A stretch of 64,000 nt of DNA, taken from NCBI GenBank assembly GCA_964503455.1, contig CAZCZR010000001.1, positions 25,234 through 89,233 of the forward strand, given 5' to 3'. This document shows, one piece after another, positions 18,364 through 27,827 of this stretch. Source of the DNA: an uncultured Lachnospiraceae bacterium. GTDB taxonomy: Bacteria; Bacillota; Clostridia; UBA1381. A model generated the notes under the pieces. That model did no database searches. It was not told the DNA's origin and worked only from the letters and a program-made list of their open reading frames with translations. The position numbers were made by a program, and so were the translations under genes. Position 1 is the stretch's first letter, and each line of letters opens with the position of its first letter.

Positions 18364-18419
18364 TGTCTGATCCTCCTATTGACTTTTTTATTTGCAGGCG
18401 TAAAATTTCATATAATCTA

Positions 18420-18448
18420 TTGACTTTACGTGTATATTATATTATAAT
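18420..18448 (+). promoter_or_regulatory. Sigma-A type promoter upstream of the Crp/Fnr gene (TTGACT-17-TATAAT)
   Basis: TTGACT 18420-18425, 17-nt spacer, TATAAT 18443-18448, ~45 nt upstream of ATG 18495. Confidence 0.45.
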
Positions 18449-18494
18449 AATTATGTAAAGTCTGTTGTATTTACAACGAAAAGAGGAAGCTTGG

Positions 18495-19163
18495 ATGGAA
18501 AATAATTCGGATATATATTATAGTATCCCATTGTTTGCAGGACTTGGTGAGCATGAGATCTCCGCACTTTTCACTGCTTTGCCTCCAAAACGAAGGTCAT
18601 ACCGCGCGGGGGATACGGTGTTTTGGGACGGTTGTGCGGCGGAGTATGTCGGAATAGTGCTTGACGGAACCGTGCATATTGTTAAAGAAGATTTCTTCGG
18701 CAACAGAAATATTGTCGCTGCGATCGATAAGGGCGGCATTTTCGCGGAAGCCTTTGTTTGTGCAAAATCAAAGACTCTTCCCGTAAGTGTGTTTGCCGCA
18801 TCGGACTGTGATATACTGCTGATAGACTATAAGAGCATACTCGATCCGACACGTTCCGATGTGCCGTGCCGTGATTTGCTCATATTGAATATGCTCAGGA
18901 TAATGGCGGAAAGGAATATCATGCTAAGCGGCAAGATAGAGCTTACGGCAAGGCGCACCACACGCGAAAAGCTTACGGCATATCTTTCATCACAGGCAAA
19001 ACGCGCAGGGGACGCCGAGTTCGAAATACCCTTCAACCGTCAGGAGCTTGCGGATTATCTGTCTGTGGACAGAAGCGCCATGTCGGCCGAGCTGGGGCGT
19101 ATGCGCCGCGACGGCTTAATTGAATTCAGAAAAAACCGCTTCAGAATCAACCCGATACCCTGA
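18495..19163 (+). CDS. Crp/Fnr family transcriptional regulator
   Basis: cNMP-binding beta-barrel (YRAGDTVFWDG...VGIVLDGTVHIVKEDFFGNRNI) and C-terminal HTH (RQELADYLSVDRSAMSAELGRMRRDGLI). RBS AGAGGA precedes ATG 18495. Confidence 0.9.
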   Translation: MENNSDIYYSIPLFAGLGEHEISALFTALPPKRRSYRAGDTVFWDGCAAEYVGIVLDGTVHIVKEDFFGNRNIVAAIDKGGIFAEAFVCAKSKTLPVSVFAASDCDILLIDYKSILDPTRSDVPCRDLLILNMLRIMAERNIMLSGKIELTARRTTREKLTAYLSSQAKRAGDAEFEIPFNRQELADYLSVDRSAMSAELGRMRRDGLIEFRKNRFRINPIP

Positions 19164-19208
19164 CATTTTAAATTATAGAGAAAATAATATATACAAGAGA
19201 GGTATAAA

Positions 19209-19913
19209 ATGGCACTGTATGCTATCGCCGATCTGCACCTGCCCATAGGCGTGAATAAACCGATGGATATTTTCGGCTGCGCATGGCATAATTACGTGGA
19301 AAGGCTTGAAACAAACTGGAAGAACACAATCTCGGATGATGACACAGTAGTGCTTGCGGGGGATTTTTCATGGGCGACTTATATACGGGACGCTTATAAG
19401 GATTTTGATTTTATAAACCGCCTTCCCGGAAAAAAATATCTTGTCAAGGGCAACCATGATTACTGGTGGACTACCATGAATAAAATGCGGGGGTTTGTTG
19501 CGGAAAACGGTTTTGACACTATAAATTTTTTACAGAATAACTGCTTTATGTATAACAGTACGGCAGTATGCGCCACACGCGGCTGGCGGCATCCCGGCTG
19601 TGATGCTTTTACGGCGGAGGACAGAAAGATTTTCAACCGCGAGGTCATCCGTTTGCGCCTTGCTCTTGACGCTGCTTTAAAACAATCACCTTCGGATATT
19701 ATCGTGTTCACTCACTACCCGCCGACAGACAGTATGGGATGCAGGAACGACTTCACCGAGGTATTGTCGGACTTTGGAGTGTCGAAATGTGTGTACGGTC
19801 ATCTTCATTCGGCAAGCCATAAAAAAGCCGTACAGGGCATTTTCGGCGGCGTAGAATACATACTTGTATCAGCTGATTATGTGGAGTTTATGCCCGTTAA
19901 AATTTTGGATTAG
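19209..19913 (+). CDS. Metallophosphoesterase (calcineurin-like phosphoesterase family)
   Basis: YAIADLHL, LAGDFSW, KGNHDYWW and GHLH motifs match the metallophosphoesterase signature D-x-H / GD / GNH(D/E) / GH. Confidence 0.85.
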   Translation: MALYAIADLHLPIGVNKPMDIFGCAWHNYVERLETNWKNTISDDDTVVLAGDFSWATYIRDAYKDFDFINRLPGKKYLVKGNHDYWWTTMNKMRGFVAENGFDTINFLQNNCFMYNSTAVCATRGWRHPGCDAFTAEDRKIFNREVIRLRLALDAALKQSPSDIIVFTHYPPTDSMGCRNDFTEVLSDFGVSKCVYGHLHSASHKKAVQGIFGGVEYILVSADYVEFMPVKILD

Positions 19914-19923
19914 GAGAATTGCC

Positions 19924-20433
19924 ATGAAACTGCTTATAGCTTCCGACATACACGGTTCTTATTATTATGCGGACAAGCTTTGCCGCCTTTACAAAAGCTC
20001 AGGCGCGGACAGACTGATTCTTTTAGGTGATTTGCTCTATCACGGGCCGCGCAACGATCTGCCGAGGGACTATGCGCCCAAAAAGGTCATACCGCTTTTA
20101 AACGCGCTTAAAAATGAGATAATCTGTGTTCGCGGCAACTGTGATACCGAGGTGGATCAAATGGTTTTAGAATTTCCTATTATGGCGGAATACGCCGTTA
20201 TATTTGACAGCGGAAAGACCATATGGCTCACCCACGGACACAAGCCTTTTATGAGTGTTAAAGAAGGTGATATAATTTTAAGCGGTCACACGCATATACC
20301 CCTTGACGAGATGCGCGGCGGCGTGCGCTTTATCAACCCCGGCTCTGTTGCGATCCCGAAAAACGGCAGCGCTCACAGCTGTATCATATACGAGGACGGT
20401 GAGTTCGTCTTTACCGGGCTTGATAAGCAGTGA
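19924..20433 (+). CDS. yfcE: YfcE / MJ0936-family phosphodiesterase
   Basis: MKLLIASDIHGS, LGDLLYHGPRN, RGNCD and SGHTH motifs. ATG at 19924, 11 nt after the preceding stop. Confidence 0.85.
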   Translation: MKLLIASDIHGSYYYADKLCRLYKSSGADRLILLGDLLYHGPRNDLPRDYAPKKVIPLLNALKNEIICVRGNCDTEVDQMVLEFPIMAEYAVIFDSGKTIWLTHGHKPFMSVKEGDIILSGHTHIPLDEMRGGVRFINPGSVAIPKNGSAHSCIIYEDGEFVFTGLDKQ

Positions 20434-20546
20434 GGCGGAACGGTATAATTTAAGCAGAGCCGGCAAACACTTAAAATTCTGATATGATACAATATATAAA
20501 AATAAACAAAATATCCGGTAGCATTAAGATTCTAACGCATTAATGA

Positions 20547-20575
20547 TTGACATATTTATCTGCGGGTGGTATAAT
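20547..20575 (+). promoter_or_regulatory. Perfect-consensus sigma-A promoter (TTGACA-17-TATAAT) with no adjacent ORF
   Basis: TTGACA 20547-20552, 17-nt spacer, TATAAT 20570-20575. The nearest downstream start codon with an RBS is 320 nt away (20896). Confidence 0.55.
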
Positions 20576-20737
20576 ATCAGTGGATGTTTATTGCTCTTTG
20601 ACGGAAATTTCGCTGCTGTTACGGACACGGTAGCATCAAGATGACAATTGATATATTCCGAATATCATAGCTTTTTCAGTATATGAATTGAATTTATTAA
20701 AATAAAAATCAGCAAAAGTAAAATTGGGCAAGAGGCA

Positions 20738-20789
20738 GGCATCCGGTTTTGACCGCATATCCCAAAAACGGTGCGGATAAGCCATTTTT
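20738..20789 (+). terminator. Terminator-like imperfect hairpin followed by a T-run
   Basis: GGCATCCG...CGGAT(AA)GCC outer stem. Alternative inner pairings are possible (CCGGTTTTG/CAAAAACGG, or CCGCA/TGCGG). Followed by ATTTTT. It lies between the two consensus promoters. Confidence 0.35.
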
Positions 20790-20828
20790 CAAAGATTGGA
20801 AGATTTAAGATCTTAAATTAAAAAAACA

Positions 20829-20857
20829 TTGACAAGTAAAATAAAATGATATATAAT
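20829..20857 (+). promoter_or_regulatory. Second perfect-consensus sigma-A promoter (TTGACA-17-TATAAT), proximal to the Lrp-family gene
   Basis: TTGACA 20829-20834, 17-nt spacer, TATAAT 20852-20857, ~40 nt upstream of ATG 20896 (RBS TAGGAG). Confidence 0.55.
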
Positions 20858-20895
20858 AAGAAGATGTAAAATAATGATGTTTAGGAGTTGCTGAC

Positions 20896-21378
20896 ATGGA
20901 AGAGATTTTAGCGTTGCTCGAAAAGAAAAATGCCAGAGTATCAAGAGCGCAGATAGCGCAGATGATGGGTATTTCTGCGGAAGAGGTCGAAAAAAAGATC
21001 GATGAACTTGAAAAGAAAAAAATTATTGTAGGATATAAAACTCTCGTTGATTGGGACAAAACCGACCGCGAGGTTGTCACGGCTCTTATTGAACTGCGCG
21101 TAACGCCGCAGAGAGGAGAAGGCTTTGATAAAATAGCCGAAAGGATATACAAGTATCCCCAGGTAAAAAGCGTATACCTTATGTCCGGAGCGTATGATCT
21201 CGGACTTACCATAGAGGGGAAGACCATGAAGGAAGTAGCCCTCTTTGTCGCTGAAAAGCTCGCGCCTATGGATTCGGTCATAAGCACGGCAACGCATTTT
21301 GTTCTGAAAAAATATAAAGAGGAAGGAATTGTATTCAACGACAGCGAAAAGGACACAAGACAGGTAATAACTCTATGA
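20896..21378 (+). CDS. Lrp/AsnC family transcriptional regulator
   Basis: N-terminal wHTH (ILALLEKKNARVSRAQIAQMMGISAEEVEKKIDELEKKKII) and C-terminal RAM/ACT-like domain. Overlaps the downstream aminotransferase by 4 nt. Confidence 0.9.
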   Translation: MEEILALLEKKNARVSRAQIAQMMGISAEEVEKKIDELEKKKIIVGYKTLVDWDKTDREVVTALIELRVTPQRGEGFDKIAERIYKYPQVKSVYLMSGAYDLGLTIEGKTMKEVALFVAEKLAPMDSVISTATHFVLKKYKEEGIVFNDSEKDTRQVITL

Positions 21379-22550
21379 AAGATTACAGCGAACTTTTATC
21401 GAAAGTGGTGCAGGGTATAGCACCGTCCGGCATAAGAAAATTTTTTGATATTGTAGCCGAAATGGACGATGCAATATCTCTCGGAGTAGGTGAGCCGGAT
21501 TTTATAACCCCGTGGACAATACGTGAGGCGGGTATATACTCTCTTGAAAAAGGTCAGACATATTATACCGCCAATGCCGGTCTTATGGAGCTGCGCCGCG
21601 AAATTTGCAATTATAATGAAAGAAAATACGGAATAAAGTACGATCCCAAAAGCGAGGTGCTTGTTACAGTCGGAGGTTCCGAGGCGATAGACCTTATGAT
21701 CCGCTGCGTTATCGAGCCGGGGGACGAGGTGCTTATTCCCGAGCCGTGCTTTGTCTGTTACAGACCGTGTACGGTTATAGCCGGCGGTGTTCCGGTTGGA
21801 ATAGAAACCAAGGAGGAAGATTCCTTTAGGCTTATGCCCGAGCAGCTTAAGGCGGCGATAACAGACAAGACAAAGCTGCTTATACTGCCATACCCGAACA
21901 ATCCCACCGGAGGCGTAATGTCAAAAGAGGATCTTGAGGCTGTTGCCGAGGTGCTTCGCGGCACGGATATACTGGTGCTTTCGGATGAGATATACAGCGA
22001 GCTTCGCTACGGCGAGGAAAAGCATACACCGTTTTCGGCAATAGAGGGCATGAGAGAGAGGACCGTTGTGGTAAACGGTTTTTCAAAGGCATTTGCCATG
22101 ACCGGATGGCGTTTGGGTTATGCTATGGGTCCGTCTCCCATAATAAAGGCTATGACAAAGGTGCATCAGTACGGTATAATGTCATCTCCGACAACGAGTC
22201 AGTATGCGGCTATAGAGGCGATGAAAAACTGCGACAATGATGTGGCGGAGATGGTGAATGAATATAACTACAGGCGCAGATATATCGTGGACGGTTTCCG
22301 CGATATGGGGCTGTCGTGCTTTGAGCCGCTGGGAGCTTTTTATGTGTTTCCGTCGATAAAATCGACCGGTATGACCAGCGATGAGTTCTGCCGCCGTCTG
22401 CTTGAGGAGGAAAAAGTCGCCGTAGTGCCGGGAACGGCGTTCGGCGAATCGGGTGAGGGCTTTATAAGATGTTCCTACGCCTATTCCATAGACAATATAC
22501 AGGAAGCGTTGAAGCGCATAAAGCGTTTTGTCGATAACCACAGGATTTAA
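21375..22550 (+). CDS. Pyridoxal-phosphate-dependent aminotransferase, class I/II
   Basis: LGVGEPDF, the PNNPTG motif and the Schiff-base lysine motif NGFSKAFAMTGWRLGY. Confidence 0.93.
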   Translation: MKDYSELLSKVVQGIAPSGIRKFFDIVAEMDDAISLGVGEPDFITPWTIREAGIYSLEKGQTYYTANAGLMELRREICNYNERKYGIKYDPKSEVLVTVGGSEAIDLMIRCVIEPGDEVLIPEPCFVCYRPCTVIAGGVPVGIETKEEDSFRLMPEQLKAAITDKTKLLILPYPNNPTGGVMSKEDLEAVAEVLRGTDILVLSDEIYSELRYGEEKHTPFSAIEGMRERTVVVNGFSKAFAMTGWRLGYAMGPSPIIKAMTKVHQYGIMSSPTTSQYAAIEAMKNCDNDVAEMVNEYNYRRRYIVDGFRDMGLSCFEPLGAFYVFPSIKSTGMTSDEFCRRLLEEEKVAVVPGTAFGESGEGFIRCSYAYSIDNIQEALKRIKRFVDNHRI

Positions 22551-22607
22551 GCACTGCATAATCAACGGACCGCACAAACGGCGGATAATGTACGGAAGGA
22601 GACAACA

Positions 22608-24230
22608 ATGAATAAGAGCAAGAAATATATATTTGTAACCGGCGGAGTTGTGTCCGGACTCGGAAAAGGAATAACCGCGGCATCCTTGGGACGGCTTTTA
22701 AAAGGACGCGGATATAAGGTGACGATGCAGAAGTTTGATCCTTACATTAATATGGATCCCGGAACCATGAGTCCGTATCAGCACGGCGAAGTTTTTGTAA
22801 CGGATGACGGAGCCGAAACGGACCTTGATCTCGGTCACTACGAAAGATTTATAGACGAGAACCTCGGCATAAATTCAAATGTTACCACCGGAAAGATCTA
22901 CTGGTCGGTAATCTCGAAAGAACGCCGCGGCGATTACGAAGGAAAAACCGTTCAGGTAATACCTCATATTACAAATGAAATCAAGAACAGAGTTTACCGC
23001 GTGGCAAAGGACACAGAAATAGTGATAACCGAGATCGGCGGCACTGTGGGAGATATAGAATCCACACCGTTTCTTGAAGCGATTAGACAGGTCTCGACAG
23101 AGGTTGGCAAGGAAAACTGTATGTATATACATCTTACTCTTGTTCCGTATCTCTCGACTTCGGGCGAGCAGAAAACAAAGCCCACGCAACATTCGGTAAA
23201 GGAGCTTTTAAGCCTTGGCATCCAGCCGGACGTCATCGTTTTGAGGACGGAAAAGCGCCTTGAGCCGGGTCTGAAGGATAAGATAGGACTGTTTTGCAAT
23301 ATTTCCGCAGACTGCGTTATAGAGAACCTTGATCTTGACACGCTTTATGAGGTACCGCTGGCGCTTGAAGCGGAGGGCCTTGCGGCGGCTGTTTTAAAAA
23401 GACTGAACCTTGAGGACAGAACGCCCGATCTTGACTCGTGGAGAAAGATGGTTGATCGTGTAAAGGACCTTATGGAAGGCGAGCATGACGAGGTGACAAT
23501 ATCTCTTGTCGGCAAATATACGGCGCTTCATGACGCTTATATAAGCATCGTTGAGGCTTTGAAGCACGGCGGTATAGAAAATTACTGCAATATAAATATT
23601 AACTGGATCAACTCGGAAGGACTTACAGAGGATAATGCAGAAGAATATCTCAGCTGCTCAGACGGTATAATAGTACCGGGAGGCTTCGGTGAAAGAGGCA
23701 TAGAGGGAATGATCCTTGCCGCGAGATATGCAAGAGAGAATAACATTCCGTATTTCGGCATATGTCTTGGTATGCAGATAGCTGTTATAGAGTACGCAAG
23801 ACACGTCCTCGGCTACGGCGATGCGAACAGCTCCGAGATAAATCCCAAAACCGAGCATCCGGTCATAGACCTGATGACGGAACAGCGCGATATAGAGGAT
23901 CTGGGCGGTACGATGCGTTTGGGATTATATCCGTGCAAGCTGTCGGATAATACTCTGGCGAAGGAGATATACGGCGAGGATATTATATATGAGCGCCACC
24001 GCCACCGTTACGAATTCAACAACGATTACCGCAAGGAGATCGAGCAAAGCGGCATGGTGCTTTCGGGTCAGTCGCCGGACGGCAAGCTTGTCGAGATGAT
24101 TGAAATTCCGGAACACCCATGGTTTGTAAGCTGCCAGTTCCATCCTGAATTTAAATCAAGACCGAACAGAGCGCACAAGCTGTTTGCTTCTTTCATAAAG
24201 GCTTCTCTGGAGAGAATGAAGAATAACTGA
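22608..24230 (+). CDS. pyrG: CTP synthase
   Basis: [18 protein letters not shown]-terminus, the GTVGDIES motif and a C-terminal glutamine amidotransferase with GICLGMQ and the HRHRYE motif. Confidence 0.97.
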   Translation: MNKSKKYIFVTGGVVSGLGKGITAASLGRLLKGRGYKVTMQKFDPYINMDPGTMSPYQHGEVFVTDDGAETDLDLGHYERFIDENLGINSNVTTGKIYWSVISKERRGDYEGKTVQVIPHITNEIKNRVYRVAKDTEIVITEIGGTVGDIESTPFLEAIRQVSTEVGKENCMYIHLTLVPYLSTSGEQKTKPTQHSVKELLSLGIQPDVIVLRTEKRLEPGLKDKIGLFCNISADCVIENLDLDTLYEVPLALEAEGLAAAVLKRLNLEDRTPDLDSWRKMVDRVKDLMEGEHDEVTISLVGKYTALHDAYISIVEALKHGGIENYCNININWINSEGLTEDNAEEYLSCSDGIIVPGGFGERGIEGMILAARYARENNIPYFGICLGMQIAVIEYARHVLGYGDANSSEINPKTEHPVIDLMTEQRDIEDLGGTMRLGLYPCKLSDNTLAKEIYGEDIIYERHRHRYEFNNDYRKEIEQSGMVLSGQSPDGKLVEMIEIPEHPWFVSCQFHPEFKSRPNRAHKLFASFIKASLERMKNN

Positions 24231-24244
24231 GGCGGGGTAAAAAA

Positions 24245-25984
24245 GTGTATTACGGGAAATATATAAAGAAATATCTTCCATATTTTATAATGACGCCCAT
24301 ATGTATGACCGTAGAAGTTTTAGGCGATGTGTTTATGCCGAAATGTATATCGTGGATGGTTGACAAGGGCGTTGCAAACCATGATATAGGGTACATACTG
24401 TCCATAGGCGGACTTATGATCGTCTGTATAATTTTTATGATACTCGGCGGCGTGGGAGGACAATGGTTCGCGACTCACGCATCGGTGTCCTTTGCAACGG
24501 ATTTGAGGCTTGATGTGTATAAAAAAATACAGAGCTTCTCGTTTAAAAATATAGACAAGTTTTCAACAGGATCTCTTGTTACACGTCTGACTAACGATAT
24601 TACTCAAATGCAGAACGTGCTGAGAATGGTGCTTATCATGGCGCTTAGATCTCCGGGAATGTTGATAGGCGCGTTTATCATGGCGTGTACGCTGAATGTC
24701 AAGCTGGCGGTTATAATAGGCGTTATTATACCGTTTCTGGGCACAAGTATCGTTTTTATTATAAAAACGGCGTTCCCGCGCTTTGAGGTCCTGCAAAAAA
24801 AGCTTGACGCACTCAACTCACGCATACAGGAGAATATAACCAATATAAGGGTCATAAAATCCTTTGTGTGCGAGGAAAGGGAAGAGGAGCGCTTTGTAAC
24901 CAGCAATCACGATTTGAGGGATTCATCAATAAATGCGTTCAAAATAGTTATTCTGAATATGCCTGTCATGACGCTTGCCATGAATGTTGCGACAATAGCA
25001 GTCGTATGGTTCGGCGGTAATTTTGTTATAGCGGGGAATATGAAGATAGGAAATCTGACAGCGTTTACGACTTACATAACGCAGATACTCATGTCGCTGA
25101 TGATGATATCAAATATCTTTTTACAGACATCGAGAGCGAGCGCGTCCTCAAAGCGTATCAAAGAGGTGCTTCAAACGGAAGCCGACCTTGTTGACGATGA
25201 TGCGGCTGAAAAGGATAAAACGGTTGAAAAAGGCGATATTTCATTTGAAAATGTATGCTTTAAATACAGAGAGGATAACAAGGAGTACATCCTAAAAGAT
25301 ATAAACCTTGAGATAAAAAGCGGCGAAACGGTTGGAATTATCGGTTCCACCGGTTCGGGCAAGACCAGTCTTGTACAGCTCATACCGCGTCTTTACGACG
25401 CGACTGAAGGAGTTGTCAAGGTGGACGGCGTTGATGTGCGTGATTACTCACTGAAACATCTGCGCACCGGAGTGGGAATGGTGCTTCAAAAAAATGTGCT
25501 GTTTTCGGGTACTGTTGCACAAAATCTTCACTGGGGAGATGAGAACGCAAGTCCGGAGGAGCTTAGGGCTGCCGCCGCCGCCGCTCAAGCGGACGGATTC
25601 ATCTCGGAATTTGACGGCGGGTATGACAGTTATATAGATCAGGGCGGCGCGAACGTATCGGGCGGTCAGAAGCAGAGACTTTGTATAGCGAGAGCGCTTT
25701 TGAAAAAACCGAAGATACTGATACTCGATGATTCGACCTCTGCTGTTGATACGGCAACGGAAGCGAAGATACGACATACGTTCAAAACCACGCTTCGTGA
25801 CGCGACAAAGATAATTATAGCTCAAAGAATATCCTCAATAGAGGACGCCGACAAGATCATAGTCTTAAAGGACGGCATGATCAGTGCTGTCGGAACGCAC
25901 TCCGAGCTTATACGCTCCAACGAGGAATATAAAGAGATATACTATTCCCAGAAAGAAAAGGAGGATGATAAAAATGCCTCCTAG
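24245..25984 (+). CDS. ABC exporter subunit (fused TMD-NBD), degenerate-site half of a heterodimer
   Basis: Six TM helices, then Walker A GSTGSGKTS, signature VSGGQKQR and Walker B ILILDDSTS, with D replacing the catalytic E. GTG start 14 nt after the pyrG stop. Confidence 0.93.
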   Translation: MYYGKYIKKYLPYFIMTPICMTVEVLGDVFMPKCISWMVDKGVANHDIGYILSIGGLMIVCIIFMILGGVGGQWFATHASVSFATDLRLDVYKKIQSFSFKNIDKFSTGSLVTRLTNDITQMQNVLRMVLIMALRSPGMLIGAFIMACTLNVKLAVIIGVIIPFLGTSIVFIIKTAFPRFEVLQKKLDALNSRIQENITNIRVIKSFVCEEREEERFVTSNHDLRDSSINAFKIVILNMPVMTLAMNVATIAVVWFGGNFVIAGNMKIGNLTAFTTYITQILMSLMMISNIFLQTSRASASSKRIKEVLQTEADLVDDDAAEKDKTVEKGDISFENVCFKYREDNKEYILKDINLEIKSGETVGIIGSTGSGKTSLVQLIPRLYDATEGVVKVDGVDVRDYSLKHLRTGVGMVLQKNVLFSGTVAQNLHWGDENASPEELRAAAAAAQADGFISEFDGGYDSYIDQGGANVSGGQKQRLCIARALLKKPKILILDDSTSAVDTATEAKIRHTFKTTLRDATKIIIAQRISSIEDADKIIVLKDGMISAVGTHSELIRSNEEYKEIYYSQKEKEDDKNAS

Positions 25985-27803
25985 GATAGATATGGGACGC
26001 AAAGGTCCCGGCGGGCCGGGCGCCAGAGGCGCGAAGCCTAAGGAAAAGCCTAAAAATACAGTCGGCACCGTAAAACGGCTGCTTGGATATATCACGGGCT
26101 ATAAAAAGCATCTTACGGTGGCTGTGATATGCGTGTGCGCGAATACGGCTTCGACGCTTACTGCGTCTTATATGCTGCGTCCGCTTATAAACAAGTTCAT
26201 AGACCCGACAACGACGGGCGGCCGCGGCGATCCTGCGGGACTTGCAAAAGGACTTGCGGTTATGGCGCTGGTTTACCTTGTGGGACTTGTAGCAACATAC
26301 ACACAGTCGCGCATAATGATAAGCCTTTCGCAGGGAGTGCTTGCCACTATAAGAAACGATTTGTTTTCAAAGCTTGAGCGTCTGCCTGTTAGGTACTTTG
26401 ATCAGAATAATACCGGCGATATAATGAGCCGTTTTACCAACGATGTTGACACCGTGGGCGAGATGCTCAATAACACACTGCTTGGAATATTTTCCGGCGC
26501 GATAACTCTTGTGGGTACGCTTGTCCTGATGATAAAGATGAATATCTGGCTGACGATTGTAACAGTGGTTATGATACCGGTGTTTGCAAAGGCCGCAGGC
26601 TGGATAGCGGGAAGGTCGAGGAAATTTTTCACAGCGCAGCAGGCGGCTCTCGGCGAGGTGAACAGCTATATTGAGGAGTCTGTCACAGGGAGCAAGGTCG
26701 TAAAGGTGTTCTGCCGCGAGGACAAGTCGGTGGAGGAATTTGCCGAAAGAAACAGTAAGCTTAAGGAAAACCAGATGAAGGCGCAGTTTGCGGGCGGCAT
26801 TACGGGACCTGTCATGGGAAACCTGTCACAGCTTAATTATGCGCTTACCGGATGTGTCGGATGTATACTGTGTCTTATGGGCAGATTTGACGTTGGCGGA
26901 CTTACGGTGTTCGTAAACTTTTCAAGACAGTTCTCGCGCCCGATAAACGAGCTTTCCATGCAGCTGACAACGATAATGTCGGCGCTTGCGGGAGCCGAGA
27001 GAGTATTCGCGGTGATGGATACGGAGCCTGAGGGAGCTGACAGCGAAGATGCTGTGGAAATAGAACATATCAAGGGCGATGTAAGGCTTGACAATGTTAC
27101 CTTTGGCTACGATCCGGGCAGGACGATACTTAAAAACGTGACTATCTGGGCGAAACCCGGTCAGAAGATAGCGCTTGTAGGCTCCACCGGCGCCGGAAAG
27201 ACAACGATAACCAATCTTATAACAAGATTTTATGAAATAGACGAGGGTACAATCACGATAGACGGCGTGGATATAAAGAAGCTGAAGAAAAAATTTCTGC
27301 GCGAAAATATCGCGGTGGTGCTTCAGGACACTCATCTGTTCACGGGTACGGTAATGGAGAATATACGTTATTCCCGTCCCGATGCTACGGATGAAGAGGT
27401 GCGCATGGCGGCGATGACCTCCTGTGCGCATATGTTCATAAAGCATCTTCCCGACGGCTATGACACCATGCTTGAGGGCGACGGTGCGAACCTGTCGCAG
27501 GGACAGCGTCAGCTATTGAATATTGCCCGCGCGGCTCTTTCAAAGGCGCCCGTACTTATTCTGGACGAGGCGACAAGCTCCGTTGATACCAAAACTGAAA
27601 TGCAGATAAACAAGGCGATGGACGCGCTGATGGAGTCGCGCACTACATTCGTTATTGCCCACCGCCTGTCCACAATACGGAATGCCGATGCTATCATGGT
27701 GCTGGAAAACGGCGAGATAATAGAACGCGGCACCCACAGACAGCTTCTGGATATGAAGGGAAGATATTACGAGCTTTCCTCAGGATTGAAGGAATTGGAC
27801 TGA
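25974..27803 (+). CDS. ABC exporter subunit (fused TMD-NBD), consensus-site half of a heterodimer
   Basis: Basic Gly/Pro-rich N-terminal tail, six TM helices, Walker A GSTGAGKTT, signature LSQGQRQ, Walker B VLILDEATS with the canonical E. RBS AAAGGAGG precedes ATG 25974, and the gene overlaps the upstream subunit. Confidence 0.93.
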   Translation: MPPRIDMGRKGPGGPGARGAKPKEKPKNTVGTVKRLLGYITGYKKHLTVAVICVCANTASTLTASYMLRPLINKFIDPTTTGGRGDPAGLAKGLAVMALVYLVGLVATYTQSRIMISLSQGVLATIRNDLFSKLERLPVRYFDQNNTGDIMSRFTNDVDTVGEMLNNTLLGIFSGAITLVGTLVLMIKMNIWLTIVTVVMIPVFAKAAGWIAGRSRKFFTAQQAALGEVNSYIEESVTGSKVVKVFCREDKSVEEFAERNSKLKENQMKAQFAGGITGPVMGNLSQLNYALTGCVGCILCLMGRFDVGGLTVFVNFSRQFSRPINELSMQLTTIMSALAGAERVFAVMDTEPEGADSEDAVEIEHIKGDVRLDNVTFGYDPGRTILKNVTIWAKPGQKIALVGSTGAGKTTITNLITRFYEIDEGTITIDGVDIKKLKKKFLRENIAVVLQDTHLFTGTVMENIRYSRPDATDEEVRMAAMTSCAHMFIKHLPDGYDTMLEGDGANLSQGQRQLLNIARAALSKAPVLILDEATSSVDTKTEMQINKAMDALMESRTTFVIAHRLSTIRNADAIMVLENGEIIERGTHRQLLDMKGRYYELSSGLKELD

Positions 27804-27827
27804 TATGATATGAAAGGAGTGCAGTAG

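Noticed and set aside
18454-18475. Inverted repeat TGTAAA-N10-TTTACA, considered as a Crp/Fnr binding site
   Set aside because: The spacing and half-sites fit neither the FNR (TTGAT-N4-ATCAA) nor the CRP (TGTGA-N6-TCACA) consensus. It is noted under a finding only and not called as a feature.
20641-20670. Nine-codon mini-ORF MTIDIFRIS (three Ile codons) in the orphan leader, considered as a possible attenuation leader peptide
   Set aside because: There is no Shine-Dalgarno sequence upstream and no obvious coupling to the downstream hairpin. The evidence is too weak to call.
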